Shown here piece by piece: positions 1 through 14,627 of a stretch of 64,000 nt of DNA. The stretch is taken from contig OX597814.1 of assembly GCA_951406725.2 (NCBI GenBank), forward strand, positions 88,226,001 through 88,290,000. Reading direction: 5' to 3'. Numbering within the stretch: the stretch's first letter is position 1; every line of letters starts with the position of its first letter. The position numbers were made by a program, and so were the translations under genes. The notes beneath the pieces are model-generated. The model saw only the letters and a program-made list of their open reading frames with translations. It did no database searches and was not told the origin of the DNA. This DNA comes from Octopus vulgaris (taxonomy: Eukaryota).

Positions 1-33
1 CCAACATATTCTATTGTTAATAAGTAAAAAGTA

Positions 34-243
34 CCATATTTTCCGTCATACAAGACGACATAATATATAATGTAAACATGTAGTGTAAATATTTAAATAT
101 CATCATTGTCTTTCCAAAACCTGATGTATTTCACGTGGAATAATTTTTGGTACTCCAAAGTCGTCTTGGCATATAAATTGACCCATTTTTTTTGGTTGTA
201 AATTTGGTCTGAAAAATTCGACTTGTAAGCCGGAAAAATATGA
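34..243. mobile_element. Tc1/mariner-superfamily (pogo/Tigger-like) MITE
   Basis: TA|ccatattttccgtcatacaagacga at left is an imperfect inverted repeat of tcgacttgtaagccggaaaaatatga|TA at right. Confidence 0.6.
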
Positions 244-1135
244 TAATTTAAAATAATAGAAAGAGTGGGCGAAACAAATTATGAACTGTATATTCCCTAA
301 AAGCTTTACGCCTCGTATTAAATTCGAAATCTGCTGAAACTGATTTTATTTTTCATTGCACGGAATCAATGAATCAATGTTACCAGTGTCAATTCGATCG
401 ACAGTGCCTCTCTCCAAAGAAATCGACCTTATACTTACTTTCACCTCTGATGTTTTCCTTCCAGACTTACAAGGGCCGTTTTCTATACATCTATTTCCTA
501 TTTGTTGAAGAAAATGTAATCTTCAAGAAGAAATTTCACAGTCATAAAGTAGTTAAAATCTTGATGCATTTTCCAGTGTCGTCTTTCACGGATTCTTGTT
601 TGGCCTAAATTAATATTTGATATGAACCATGGGAAACGAAAATTGTTGCTCTTATATTGTAAGTTGAACAGGGAGGTCTTTACTAAAAGGATTCTTTGTC
701 CTTTTTGTATATTTGTAACTTTTCCAATTCTGGTTATGCTAGAGTACAACTGAAGTAGTTATAAGTTTCTCACTATAAACAGATCTTTGTCTACAATAGC
801 TTAAATTTTAAACCCTTATTCTTTTCTCAGCAGATAGCCTCAAATTTCACACTTGAAATAACAAACATGATTACAATTCCAAGCTAAGACTTCAAATAAT
901 TTTCCATTGGTTAAGTTGCATATTTGCTAACTCGCAAAAATTTATCTGTACATGAAGGATCTGTGTTCAACTTCGCCTTGTGTTAAAATCCAATCCTTCC
1001 CTCTTGTTATAAACCAAGCATCATATTCGTTGCGAATACAATAAACTCCCCATGGCCCAGTCTACGTAGCTTTAAATAGATGCCATGGGATAAGACAGTT
1101 CAACGCTAATAGAAGCAGTACCTCTTTCTATAACT

Positions 1136-1344
1136 GATTTCAAATTTTGGCACTAGGTCAGCAAGGGGTGGGGTAAGTCTATTACATTGACTCCAGAACT
1201 CAACTGGTACTTATTTTATCGACTCCGATAAGATGAAAGGTAAAGATGACCTTGGCGGAATTTGAACTTAGAACGTAAGGACGGACGAAATGCTGCAAAG
1301 CATTTCTTCCGGTGTGATAACGATTCTGCTAGCTTGCCACCTTA
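1136..1344 (-). mobile_element. tRNA-derived SINE family A, monomer (central gcctttcatcctttcggggtcgataaa domain)
   Basis: Reverse-complement similarity to the copies at 1708, 16026, 52477 and 53233. Confidence 0.8.
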
Positions 1345-1531
1345 TCTCTTTCTATCATAGGTAAATATTTTGTTTAGTATTGAGTTCAATTAGTGTCGCA
1401 TAGATTGATGAGCTGGATTACCTCAGGTAGATTACAATAATACATCTTTAAGTGGTACCGAACGAATTCTCTGTTCTCTCTCTCTTTTACACTCACACGC
1501 ACACTAGTTTGAGTGTGCATGTATGTATGGG

Positions 1532-1603
<72 letters not shown>

Positions 1604-1707
1604 TGAGTCTAACACTGAAACAATAGTTTTTTTTTTATATGTATAAACTAGTAATATACTTGAAATTACTCCAGTTGTCTTCTTTATGATAATATAATTA
1701 CTGTATT

Positions 1708-1915
1708 AGGCGGCGAGCTGGCAGAATCATTACCGCATCGGACAAAATATTTGACTACATTTTTTCTGATTCTTTACGTTCTGAATTCATTCCACCTAGG
1801 TCAACTATGCTTTATATCCTTTTGTAGTCGATAAAATAAGTACCAGTGAATACTGGGGTCGATGTAATCAATTTCTCCCTCCTCTAAAAATTACTGCTTT
1901 GTACCGAAATTAGGA
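1708..1915 (+). mobile_element. SINE family A monomer
   Basis: Head aggcggcgagctggcagaatc, core gtcgataaaataagtaccag, tactggggtcgat. Confidence 0.8.
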
Positions 1916-2232
1916 AGGATATAGATACGGTATAGAAAACATTGTGACTATGCAACCATCCCCACCACACAGACACAAGGCCTCCTATTTATAAGCGGTG
2001 TTTTATAGTTTAATTTCAGAAGAGACATCGTTCATAGCTTTTATATCGTAGAAAGGTAATTATACTTTTCTTGCAATACGTAACTGGCACAGAACTGATT
2101 ACAGTTTTAAAAATTCGCCAAGTTAACTCAATAAAGGTAGTATGGTGCTAATTGTTGCTGCTGTGCGATCTTTTAATGTAGAAAGAATGAAATGTATTGA
2201 TAAAGTAATCAGTCAATTTTATGGCACGATTA

Positions 2233-2891
<659 letters not shown>

Positions 2892-2909
2892 TATAGATAT
2901 AGATATATG

Positions 2910-2989
<80 letters not shown>

Positions 2990-3294
2990 CTAGCAGTATC
3001 ACCCGGTGTTGCTCGGGTTTGTAAGGGAAATAACTATATAAGCATTTTTAGAGAGTTACTTCCCTTATATAAACCGAGCAAAAATGCATTAAAAAAACGA
3101 AAAAATGATGGTAAATTTTTTTTTAAATCGTAGACTCATCATAGACGTGCGCTAATACCCAGAAGGGCTTGATATGAATCACAACTATAAGATACCCGCT
3201 TTTGGTTAAACTGCACCGCAAAATGTGAGAATAGTTAGGAATCTAAATCGGAGGAGACAGACTCTCTCACACACAACTTCAGTTTTATATATAA

Positions 3295-3297
<3 letters not shown>
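2990..3297 (-). mobile_element. Non-autonomous Helitron (308 bp)
   Basis: On the minus strand begins A|TCTTTATATATAAAA and ends with GC hairpin CCCGAGCAACACCGGG then CTAG|T; homologous to 7055-7967; inserted in (TA)n. Confidence 0.85.
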
Positions 3298-3352
<55 letters not shown>

Positions 3353-3364
3353 ATGCATATATTA

Positions 3365-3565
3365 GCACTTCGTCGGTTACGACGACGAGGGTTCCAGTTG
3401 ATCCGATCAACAGAACAGCCTGCTTAGGAAATTAACGTACAAGCGGTAATTAACAGTGAAGGCGTGTGACTTAGTGGTTAGGGTATTCGCCTAACGATCG
3501 TAAAATTGTGAGTTCAATTCCCGGCGACGCGTTGTGTCCCCGAGCAAGACACTTTATTTCCCGTT
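3365..3565. mobile_element. Two fragments of tRNA-derived SINE family C (3' part on -, head on +)
   Basis: Similarity to the full copy at 51769-52082. Confidence 0.65.
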
Positions 3566-4640
3566 CGAGTCCACAGGCAACCTCGAACTTCTTTTATCCA
3601 AAGAGTATTTTTAACTCAATATTTACACATTATTTATTATTCATAGCTTTATCTCCGGTGTTCCCCCAAATAATTATTTTATGTTCTCTTGGAGTTTATA
3701 ATTTCATATGACGCCAACTATAATATACGTAGATACAGACATATCTATACATATGCATGTATGTTTACGTATATATATGTACATGTACATGGACGTATAC
3801 ATACATACATACATACATACATACATACACACATATTCAAATAAAAAAATCAAACATTAAAAATGACAATAACAAACAAGTAGAGAACATGCATATAGAA
3901 TGTAATAGTTTGATGCGCGGTAAGAAGAGAGAGTTTTTGACGCTTCGAGCATAGCTCTTCATCGTAAAGGAAATCGGAAAAGTCCAAAGAAAAAAACACC
4001 ATACATTACATGAAAGCATGCATGTAATGTATGTATGTATGTATGTATGTATGTATGTATGTATGTATGTATGTATGTATGTATGTATGTATGTATGTAT
4101 GTATGCATGCATAAATATATAAAGATTGTACAAGTTCTTTGCAATATGACTAAGAATAATTCCGGAAGTGACGAAGTTCTGAAGTATAACTCTCACCTAA
4201 ATTACTAAAAATAGAATGTGGGATTCATATCTAGTCTTTTGTTAATGCATTAAATACGATGTATTTTACCATTTTTCAAGTTGAAATTATAAGACAGGGA
4301 TTCTTTTTCTTTAGCGTAATTGTTTATCTTACTCCCTATAAAAATACCATATAATATTCCATGTATCTGTTTCATGTTTATGCTGATACGTGTAGGTTTG
4401 GCTGATAGATGATAAATCCAATATTTTAAAGTATATATTTAGAGATGTCTATATATTAAGTTCCAATGTTCTTCTGTTTAGATAAGGTATTCCAGAAAAA
4501 TAAGCTTGAATTATTTTATCAATGATATTGTGTATTATAATATGATAAAAGTTTGCTTGGAAATAGAGGTATTGCAGACCAATATATAGTCTGATATATC
4601 GGTATATAATTGATATTTATAGTACTGAAATACAATAGTG

Positions 4641-4691
<51 letters not shown>

Positions 4692-5184
4692 AGCCTTTTA
4701 AAGGATACCTAAAAGAAATATTATGAGACTAAGATCCATTTATGTCAATTAAATTAGTATTTATTATTCCCATTTGAGGTTAACGCCTGATGTAAAAGAT
4801 AGCACTCGAAGCGTGCAGTCCCTGATCCGGTTTCATTTCTCGTTTGTAGCCACCATTTCTTTTCTTGCGCATCTATAATACTATAAAGAATGACATGGAT
4901 ACCATGTGATATTATTTCCCCATTCTTATAAAATTGAAGCCTTATAGCTTACATAAAGTTTTAATTTTGCTCTATGCAATGCGTATTGTAGGGGATCTCG
5001 AAATATCGACGCTTGTAAATATATGATATAAATAGGAAAATAAGAAATCAACTTTTCCCGAAAACTTAAGGGTATAAATGAAATGAAATAACTTCAACTG
5101 GGAGCGGAAACTGCATCGTGATTCGTGTTGCTTGGCAAGATTGCTTGCTTTTCTCATAGCGCCGCAAGCATCACATAAATATTG

Positions 5185-5764
5185 GTTTCAGATTATGGTA
5201 CAAAGCCAATAATTCCGGTGGGAGGTAAGTCAATTTAACAGATCGGTGTGCTCAACTGGTGCTTATTTTATCGACCCCGAAAGGATGAATGGCATTATCA
5301 ATCTCGGCGGAATTTGAACTCAAACCATAAAGACAGACTGAATACCTATTTCTTTACTACCTACAAGGGGCTAAGCACAGAGAGGACAAACAAGGACAGA
5401 GAAACGGACTAAGTCGATTATATCGCCTCCAGTGCGTAACTGGTACTTATTTAATCGACCCCGAAGGGATGAAAGACAAAGTCGACCTCGGCGGAATTTG
5501 AACTCAGAACGTAGCGGCAGACGAAATACCTATTTCTTTACTGCCCTCAAAGGGTTAAACACAGAGAGGACAAACAAGGACAGACAAACGGATTAAGTCA
5601 ATTATATCGACCCCAGTGCGTAACTGGTACTTATTTAATCGACCCCGAAAGGATGAAAGGCAAAGTCGACCTCGGCGGAATTTGAACTCAGAACGTAACG
5701 GCAGACGAAATACCGCAAAGCATTTCGCCCGGCGTGCTATCGTTTCTGCCAGCTCGCCGCCTTA
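5185..5764 (-). mobile_element. SINE family A trimer (184-bp period)
   Basis: aatacc anchor recurs at 5341, 5525 and 5709; a single head at the 5764 end. Confidence 0.9.
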
Positions 5765-6665
5765 AGCATCACATAAATATTAGTTCAGTAAGCACGAAAA
5801 CACTTTAAATGGAAAGCATAATAATTTCCAATAATGGAACTTATGCCTTAATCCAGAGGAGGAATAGTTATTAAACAATTCTTAAATTAAATCAAGGGTG
5901 GTGCATCGCTGTTCCAATTAATTAAGATTAATAAGAAACAGTACAATGAGCACATTGTTTTGTTCAGGCACCACTTCACTGTGCTTTTGAGGTTGGATAA
6001 TGTGACGTTCTCACATTTCCACAATTACCATTATGAGTAAAATGGAGCGGTTTTAAATCAGAATTGAAACTGTGACGCAGTCTCTGGTAGTAGAGTAGAA
6101 AAATTTACTTCCTGATAGCATTAACTGGCATAACGTAGACATTCTTTAATGGTGAATTCATCGACGGCATTTTTGCTTTTCGGATAGCTTGTTCCAGGTA
6201 GAGCTTATAAAACATTAAAGAAATATTATTGTAAGACGTTACGAAAATCAGTAACAATGTTTATCTTGTCTTGTTAAAGATATCCTATTAACGGTCATGG
6301 GATATGGTGTAGATGGGAATAGCGGATATAATCATGATGGTGTTCGAGTTTTTATATTTGGTTATATTTTTAGTTCCTGTGTACCTATGATAAAAATACC
6401 ATTATCGGAACGCTTACTGATGAAGTCTGTCAAGTTAAAGGATGAATGATGATGATGATGAGGAGGAGGAGGTGTGCGTATGTACGTATGTGTGTGCATG
6501 TGTGTATACACATACATACGTACATACTCACATACATATATATATATATGTCTCTCTATGTGTTCGACGTCCTTTTGGTGTCCTGTACACATATATGCGT
6601 GTATATGTACATGTAGAGGTAGGTACGTACATACATGTTTATATATATGCATATATTTTATTAAC

Positions 6666-6696
<31 letters not shown>

Positions 6697-6710
6697 CATG
6701 CATATATACA

Positions 6711-6746
<36 letters not shown>

Positions 6747-6804
6747 TATATATGTGTGTGTGTGTGAGTATTTATATACGTATACGCGCACGAGCACACA
6801 AACG

Positions 6805-6868
<64 letters not shown>

Positions 6869-6920
6869 CGTATATAGCAGGAAGAGATAAAGAGCAAAGG
6901 AAAGAAAGGTGAGTTGCAAC

Positions 6921-6991
<71 letters not shown>

Positions 6992-7054
6992 CTTATCGGG
7001 AAAGGGAACAAAATTAAGCATTTTTGATTTGAGAAGTAAGTTGCACAAATAATA

Positions 7055-7967
7055 TCTATATATATAAAACTGTAGTTGTGTGAGTGTCTGTCCCCTTCGA
7101 TTTAGATTCCTAACTACTCCCACATTTTGCGGTGCAGTTTAACCAAATTCGGGTATCTTATAGTCGTAATTCATATCGAGCCCGTCTGGGTATTAGCGCG
7201 CGTCTATGATGAGTCTACGATTTTAAAAATAATTTAACATCATTTTTTATTCCATTTTAATGCATATTTTTCCGTGTGTCGATGGCGGCGGAGTTGGCGT
7301 CCACGCTCACATCTGCACCTGTGTTGCTTCTCCCCCTTCTTCCTTCCCTCGTGAAGCTGTGGGGAAGGGAGTGTAAGGAAATCAACGTCGTAATGCGTTG
7401 TCAAGGAGACCAGCGTTCTTTTAGAACAACGACTTCATGGCTTGAAGTCGCCAAAACAGAAATCGCTAAAAAAGCTGAAACAGATCCACAAAAACGGCAA
7501 TTACCGCCACACAGGGCAGGTTTCCTGTGCAAACAATTTGCACAACCGAATGTTTTAGTTGTTGCACAAATCTTTATATATAAAAGTAAGGTTGTGTGTC
7601 TGTCTCCTACGAATTAGATTCCTAACTACTCCCACATTTTGCGGTGCAGTGTAACCAAAACCGGGTATCTTATAGTCGTGATTCATATCGAGCCCTTCTG
7701 GGTATTAGCGCGCGTCTACGATGAGTCTACGATTTAAAAAAAAAATTACCATAATTTTTTATTCCATTTTAATACATTTTTCGCTATTATATAAGGGAAG
7801 TAATTCTCTAAAAATGTCTACGATGAGTCAACGATTAAAAAAAAATTACCATCATTTTTTATTCCATTTTTAATGCATTTTTTGCTATTTTTTTGCTATA
7901 ACTCACTAAAAATGTTTATATAGTTATTTCCCTTACAAACCCGAGCAATGCCGGGCGATACTGCTAG
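7055..7967 (+). mobile_element. Composite non-autonomous Helitron: two 5' ends (7055, 7571) and one 3' end
   Basis: A|TCtatatatataaaa at 7055 and A|TCtttatatataaaa at 7571 each followed by the same ~200-bp block; hairpin cccgagcaatgccggg 7940-7955; CTAG 7964-7967 followed by T. Confidence 0.85.
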
Positions 7968-7976
7968 TCATATATA

Positions 7977-8027
7977 AATTTCATACATTAACTACAGAAA
8001 TTTCTTCTGTAGTTAATGTATGAAATT
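7977..8027. repeat. Perfect 23-bp inverted repeat with 5-nt loop
   Basis: aatttcatacattaactacagaa (7977-7999) / ttctgtagttaatgtatgaaatt (8005-8027). Confidence 0.95.
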
Positions 8028-9514
8028 ATAGCAGGTTTTCGAAGTAATTTAAATTGATCTTGAAAAACCGAGAAAATACTCGTTAACTTACACAACACTG
8101 TCACGTACACAGCACAAGGGCAATGTGCTAGTAGAAATAGTTGAGCGCCGTTCTCTGCTGTAAAGTTAAGCTAGAACAATATTTGGAAAACAAATTACAC
8201 ATATCTAAACATTAGATTTGATACTGATTGGTTCTCTACTCATTCCATAGATGAGCTGTTTTCTCTCATTTCAAGTACTGATCAATAGTAAGTAGGTCCA
8301 AACACGGGTTATTAAAACACGGGTTAATAAATTCCATAAGATTTCCATTATGTAAAGCTATAACATAAATAAACATAGTTAGGGGTGGGGAGACTAAACC
8401 TGTATAAAGTACTAAAAGTATTAAATAAAAATTGCTTTATGATTCGTGTATGACTCATGTTTTCGTTTAGCCTTGAAATATTCTATGTTGTTTCAGTATT
8501 ATTCTGTGCAGTCTTTTCCCTATTGGCATCCATTATTGACAAGTGTCGTCTATCAGATAACGCCAGACAGTTGTGCTATATCTACGTGACACATATGTGT
8601 CATCACTTTGAATAGTTGAGATTCTTAATTCCTTTTATACAAACATTCGCTTTTAAACAATACGATTGACCTGTGATTTGAAGGCATGGGAACCTTTTCC
8701 ATTTCAAAAGAAGTTTCTTCAAACAAATATTAATTCATTACGCCGCAGTATATGGTTTGAAGAATGTCTTTAGAAACTATGATCAAGAGGAAAAAAAGAT
8801 TAACTAAAGATTAACCTTCTATTTAGAAGATATGGTTTGCAATTGCGGTCAAGGATATAAATTATAAACTCATATGTCTTTAAAGCAAAATCTTATCTGG
8901 GCAAGTTATGACATCATCATCGTATTAATTAACAGATTGTTGGGTCGTGTCCAGCTTCTGGCTCTTTGCTGTGGATATGCTAAAGTTAATTTCACTTCCA
9001 GTGGCTCATTCCATACTTCTATGAATTGGTGCCATATTAGTAACGATTCCATGTTAGAAATAGAGGGAGATTTCTGTCAAGTGTTTCGTTGGCTGATTTG
9101 TTGTGTTTAACTCAAATCCCATCGGGATGAATAGCTTTAGGAGACACTGTAATGGAATCATTAAGACTAATTTACTCTTTGACAGATGTGTCTGATTAAG
9201 AAATGAACGGAAATTGATTCTATCATGCTTTATAGAATCACTTTCTTTTGACTTTTAATAGGACTTATGTTAACTCGTTGCTTAGACTTACACAAGCCCT
9301 GATGAAACACATCTATGAACAAATGTCGTCCTGTCTTTTTGACAGGTGTTCAGGAATACAGTACCCAGTGCACTGCTTCCCATTTTGAAGACTGGGTATG
9401 ATTTCGAGAGAGACTCGTCAACTATTTCTAACAGGTAAATTGTTACAATGATTTAGTGTTCGATTAAAATCGAAATCGAATTGCGTGAGTTTCTTTCTCT
9501 GAAGTGATATCCCG

Positions 9515-9517
<3 letters not shown>

Positions 9518-9613
<96 letters not shown>

Positions 9614-9633
9614 AATAAATAAATAAATAAATA
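9518..9633. repeat. (AT)n plus (AAAT)n microsatellite
   Basis: Direct reading. Confidence 0.95.
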
Positions 9634-12600
9634 ATGATCCAATTTGTTTATAGGAGAAAAATTTTAAGCTGTCGTGTTCATACTTTCCTTAATGACATTA
9701 ACAGTTTCAGTTGGCTCTTCGAGCCTCAGTCTGAACTCATACTCCTAACAAAGGAGTATTTAAGTAAAACGAAGGCGAAATGGCTTTAAATAGGAAACGA
9801 ACTCGCATTGCAGATTTGGTTCCTTTAGAATTTACTTACTTCGCTACAATGATAACAGAACAGACAAGTTTCATAAATAAATAGGATCCCATAAAGTAAG
9901 GATACCTTAAAAGTAATTATCTGCATTAGCGGTATATTTCATCCCAACTAAATCTGCATTTACAATAATCCCGCAATGTATTTAGTCTTCATTCTATGCC
10001 AAACAACGTCAAATGTTCTAAGACACCTACCTTATCAGTTTCTCAGATTTAGCAAGTTCTGTGCGCCTACCCAAATCCACCCGACACTCCTGCATCTCCA
10101 CGCCTCGTCAACATTATTGTGATTCACCTAAGAATCCTGCATTAAATTTTCTTCTTCCTTTCCCCCCTTAGCATCTAGTTCTCTAGAATTCCTCCTGGGT
10201 CACGTTTTAACTGAATATATTGATCAAACAGGAGTTGAACACTAATTATATAATCTGTTGGTTAGGGTTTGAAATATTATAAACATCACTTCTCTTAAAC
10301 ATTAATTTCTTTTATTTGACTATCAATCACATGGACACGTGCCACACGGTCTATTACATTAGTACTGGACGAATTGAACTTAGTACCAGTCAGTGAAGAA
10401 TCTATCATCATTACAGAGTTGGACTGTCGTACTCTCTGCAAGTATTCCGACAAGTTTTCTGGTTTGAAACTGACTAGCTTGATGAGCTTCTTCCTGCAAT
10501 AACAATCAGTGAACTATGATTTCTTCTTCGTTTTAGTCTTCAAGGTTATGAAAAGATTATGAGCGAGGCTCTTTTGTCTTCCATTAAAGTCTTAAAGCAA
10601 TATGGAGTGGGTCGGTGTCAACTGGGCGACTTGAAGCATCGGTGATAATCATTACAGAAATAAGAGGAGAGCGAGATGGACAGAAAGGAAGAGAGAAAAG
10701 GAGGGAGTGAAAGAAAAAAGAGAGAAAGTGGGAGAGAAAGAGAGAGAAAGAGGGAGAGAGAGAACAGGGAGAGAGAGAAAGAGGGAGAGCCAGAAAGAGT
10801 GAAAGAGAAAGAGAAGAGATGGAAAATTTTAAGTTTCTCGTGGTTGCTTATGAATAACTGTTTCCGTTGCCTTTAAAAGCTGTAGTAAGAGAGGTTTCTT
10901 GAAGATGATTATAGAATTGTATTAAATGTCTGGCAAAAGTTTTAAATGAGGGCGCATCGTTTTAGAGTATTTTTGGTGAAACATTCCTGATATATAAATC
11001 AGAGTATTTGATATCTTTCAGGTAACATAAGAGCTTACGATCTTGATGGACGGGAAAATTAAGTGATGAGAATAAAATAAACGAAATTCCATTCGTGATT
11101 GATTTCTGTTTAATTGTAGAGTTGGCGGTATAACTAATAAGTGAAAACAGTATGTTCACATTGGAAGGAAATATAGGAATACCTCAACTGACGTCGCTAA
11201 TTAATTCCTAAACATGGGATTTAACTCGAAAAGCGACGTAGCACGAAAATATATTTTTGAAAACTTTATTAGTTTGTATCTGTTTTAATAAATGATTTAT
11301 ATATGTTTTCACGTGTATTTTGATTTTCTACATCAGTGTTAGTGTGAGTTTTTTTTTTTTTTTGAAAACGTTTATGCTTTTAAATACTTTCGCTGAGACC
11401 GGCGTAAAGTTTATTTTTCCATTAATTTCTTTAAAAAAACAACAACCTAAAGTCTAAAATATGTAGCTCGAAACCACATATGTTAAGATGTGTCTTTAAT
11501 AAGTTAATCGTACAATTTGTAAGAAAGAACAAACATTTGCTTTAGAATTGGTATAATGCATGTTAAGAAAAAGATACAAATGTGCGTTTATAGTATATGC
11601 TCCATTAAGTGACGACACATGACAGGATTTTTAAAGCACCGAGAAAAATGCCTTGCTTTATTTTGTTACGCCCCTTTACTTAGTAAAAGCAGAATCGCTG
11701 ATTTGGTCAAAATAACAAAGGAATTCCCTTTCTGGAGTGATGTTTTTCTTTTTTTTTTCTGGGTGGAGAAGTTCGTACTGTAGTCGATATAATAGGTGCC
11801 AGAATGTAGTGGGCTTTTAATCAATGATACTGTAGCGAAATATATGATCGCATGACAATAAGTATACAATATGGAAATTAGTATGCTTGCTTCAAAAGGT
11901 AATGAGGAACCAAAACAATGATGTGTAGTTACAATGACTTTATATCAGTTTGAAGTGGAGCGCTATTAAAAGACTGAGATATTCTCTCCTACCAAACACA
12001 CACATGCATATATATATATATATATATATTCTGCACCTTGTGCACACATGCGTGTATGGACGCTTTATATGTGGTTTTTGTACGTATGTATGTATATATG
12101 TATGTGTGTGTATGTATGTATGTATGTATGTATGTATGTATGTATGTATGTATGTATGTATGTATGTATAGGCAGACATACGGATAGATAGATATAGATG
12201 TTTATATGTATCTAAGTATGTAATCATTATCGACACTAAGATATCTATATTCCCTTACAAAACACGTTTTAAAGCAATATTCCCACTTGTTTTCTGTATC
12301 GTGACAAGTTACAAAAGAAAAACTTTGGCTCGGTTAATCATTTGAACTTTTCAAGCGAAAGCTGATATCTGTCGACTTTCCACTGAAAATCTGTTTGCAA
12401 TGTAGGAGATGAATTCAATAATATAGCCAACCCACGGGTCGCCATTGTATTTCGTATAAATAAAAACAGTGACGCCTTGTATTATAGCTTCGGGTGATTT
12501 GTAAACATATATCACTTGAAGATAGATTTCTCACAGTCTTGAGTAAACTATTTGTCTAGTTCCATAATATCTTAATGTTTCAAAGATTTCGAATAGTTTT

Positions 12601-13193
12601 TATTTAAACTTATGCTCGCGTGTTTTTCACTGAAAATAAATTTGGAGGATTGAGGATAAAAATTAAAGAACAAAAACTAAAAATAAGCTTATGGAGTGTG
12701 CAGTTGGGTGATACAATTATACGAAAAACAACGTTCTCTTCTATGTTCTCAGTCTTCTCGCCTACGAACTATACAAAGGAGTGATGAGTGACGGACTGCA
12801 ACTTTAAAATGCTATCGTTCTATGCGGACCTGTGTTTGGTTATGTCAAATAAAATGTAAAGAATGAGTACTGGAGTGGAGATTACTTCATAAGTTCAATG
12901 TTCATTCTCATATGATCAGTTGAGACTATTGATTCATTTGACTTGCACTGTTTCTTTCTTATTCTGGCACTAAAAACTGTCTTTTTATCCTATGCCAGTA
13001 ATAGCGTCCGAGATACTGGCGAAGTTGAAAGGATGGTGCGCTCCACTCCGGGTGGAATTTTTGAGAGGCGGCACTTCAGATGCGTATTCACCTAATGTGG
13101 TACGAACTCCTCTGAATCTGCTGCTGATCCAAGGAAATTTGGGGTGGTCTGTGTCAGTAAAAAGGTACATACATACATACATACATACATACA

Positions 13194-13226
<33 letters not shown>

Positions 13227-13233
13227 GTATAGT

Positions 13234-13487
13234 GGAGGCGCGTGGCTTAGTGGTTAGGGTGTCAGCATCATGATCGTAAGATTGTGGTTTCGATTCCTGA
13301 ACCGGGTGACGCATTGTGTTCTTGAGCAAGACACTTCATTTCACGTTGCTCCAGTCCACTCAGCTGGCAAAAATGAGTAACGCTGCGATGGACTGGCGTC
13401 CCGTCCAGCTGGGGAACATACGCCATTGAAACCGGGAAATCGGGCCCATGAGCCTGGCTAGACTTTAAAAGGGCGCATTTATTTTAT

Positions 13488-13488
<1 letters not shown>
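13234..13488 (+). mobile_element. tRNA-derived SINE family C (CORE-like centre)
   Basis: A box tggcttagtgg, B box ggtttcgattcc, tgtgttcttgagcaagacactt; flanked by (TACA)n. Confidence 0.85.
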
Positions 13489-13519
<31 letters not shown>

Positions 13520-13992
13520 CATACATACATACATACATACATACATACATACATACATACATACATACATACATACATACATACATACATACGCACGCAC
13601 GCACGCACACACGCATACACACTCACACAAACACACACACGCATACACACTCACACAAACACACACACACACTGAAAATCATGAGTCAGGATTAATCCCA
13701 AAACGTCAACTTTCTCTTTGCTTCACGCCAGAGGAATTTATCCAAACACACGGGCATCTCTGTGGTTTTACTCTACAAGGTTTAAAGGCTGAGTACTGAA
13801 TTTTGCGCACGTTAATAATGCAGTCGAATCCAAAGATCCAGTATTCGTTGAAACGAATAATTCTAATAATAATTATCTTCAGAAAAAAAAAAAGTCTCAG
13901 TACTTCAATTTGTGTTATTGTTAAAGGTATTGTTTAAATATGAAACAGCCGAGGGAATTATTAAGTAAATATTGTGAGATAGAATTATTAAG

Positions 13993-14210
13993 TTCTTCTT
14001 CTTCTTCTTCTTCTTCTTCTTCTTCTTCTTCTTCTTCTTCTTCTTCTTCTTCTTCTTCTTCTTCTTCTTCTTCTTCTTTTTCCTCCTCCTCTTCTTCTTC
14101 TTCTTCTTCTTCTTCTTCTTCTTCTTCTCCTCCTCTTCGTCTTCCTCTTCGTCTTCTTCGTCTTCTTCTTCTTCTTCTTCTTCTTCTTCTTCTTCTTCTT
14201 CTTCTTCTTC
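13993..14210. repeat. (TTC)n microsatellite
   Basis: Direct reading; explains the poly-K/E and poly-S ORFs. Confidence 0.95.
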
Positions 14211-14532
14211 TTTTTGTTGTTCTTCTTTACATTTTATCTGCACATTTGTTACAATCACTTGCCGAGACACACCCAGTGTCCTAAGGCCTGTGAAGAGTAA
14301 GATAGGACTGAAACCTTGGAGTTTGGAAGTGGCAGGGGTAGTAGTGAAATATCATCATGTAGTACAACACAGACATTTAAATTGATAGGGATTTCTAAGG
14401 CTGTGGGCAGTACCTATCAACACAATCTTTTGGATTTCTCTGTGACATAATTCTCCTGGGATGTTATCTACATGTTTCTGACGTCCCTTTTTTATTATCA
14501 TCATCATGATTATTGTTTAAAAATAAAAGAAG

Positions 14533-14623
<91 letters not shown>

Positions 14624-14627
<4 letters not shown>

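Noticed and set aside
9298-9356. CTGATGA followed by an AACAC/GTGTT stem as a hammerhead
   Set aside because: No GAAA box after the stem and no stem III or cleavage triplet
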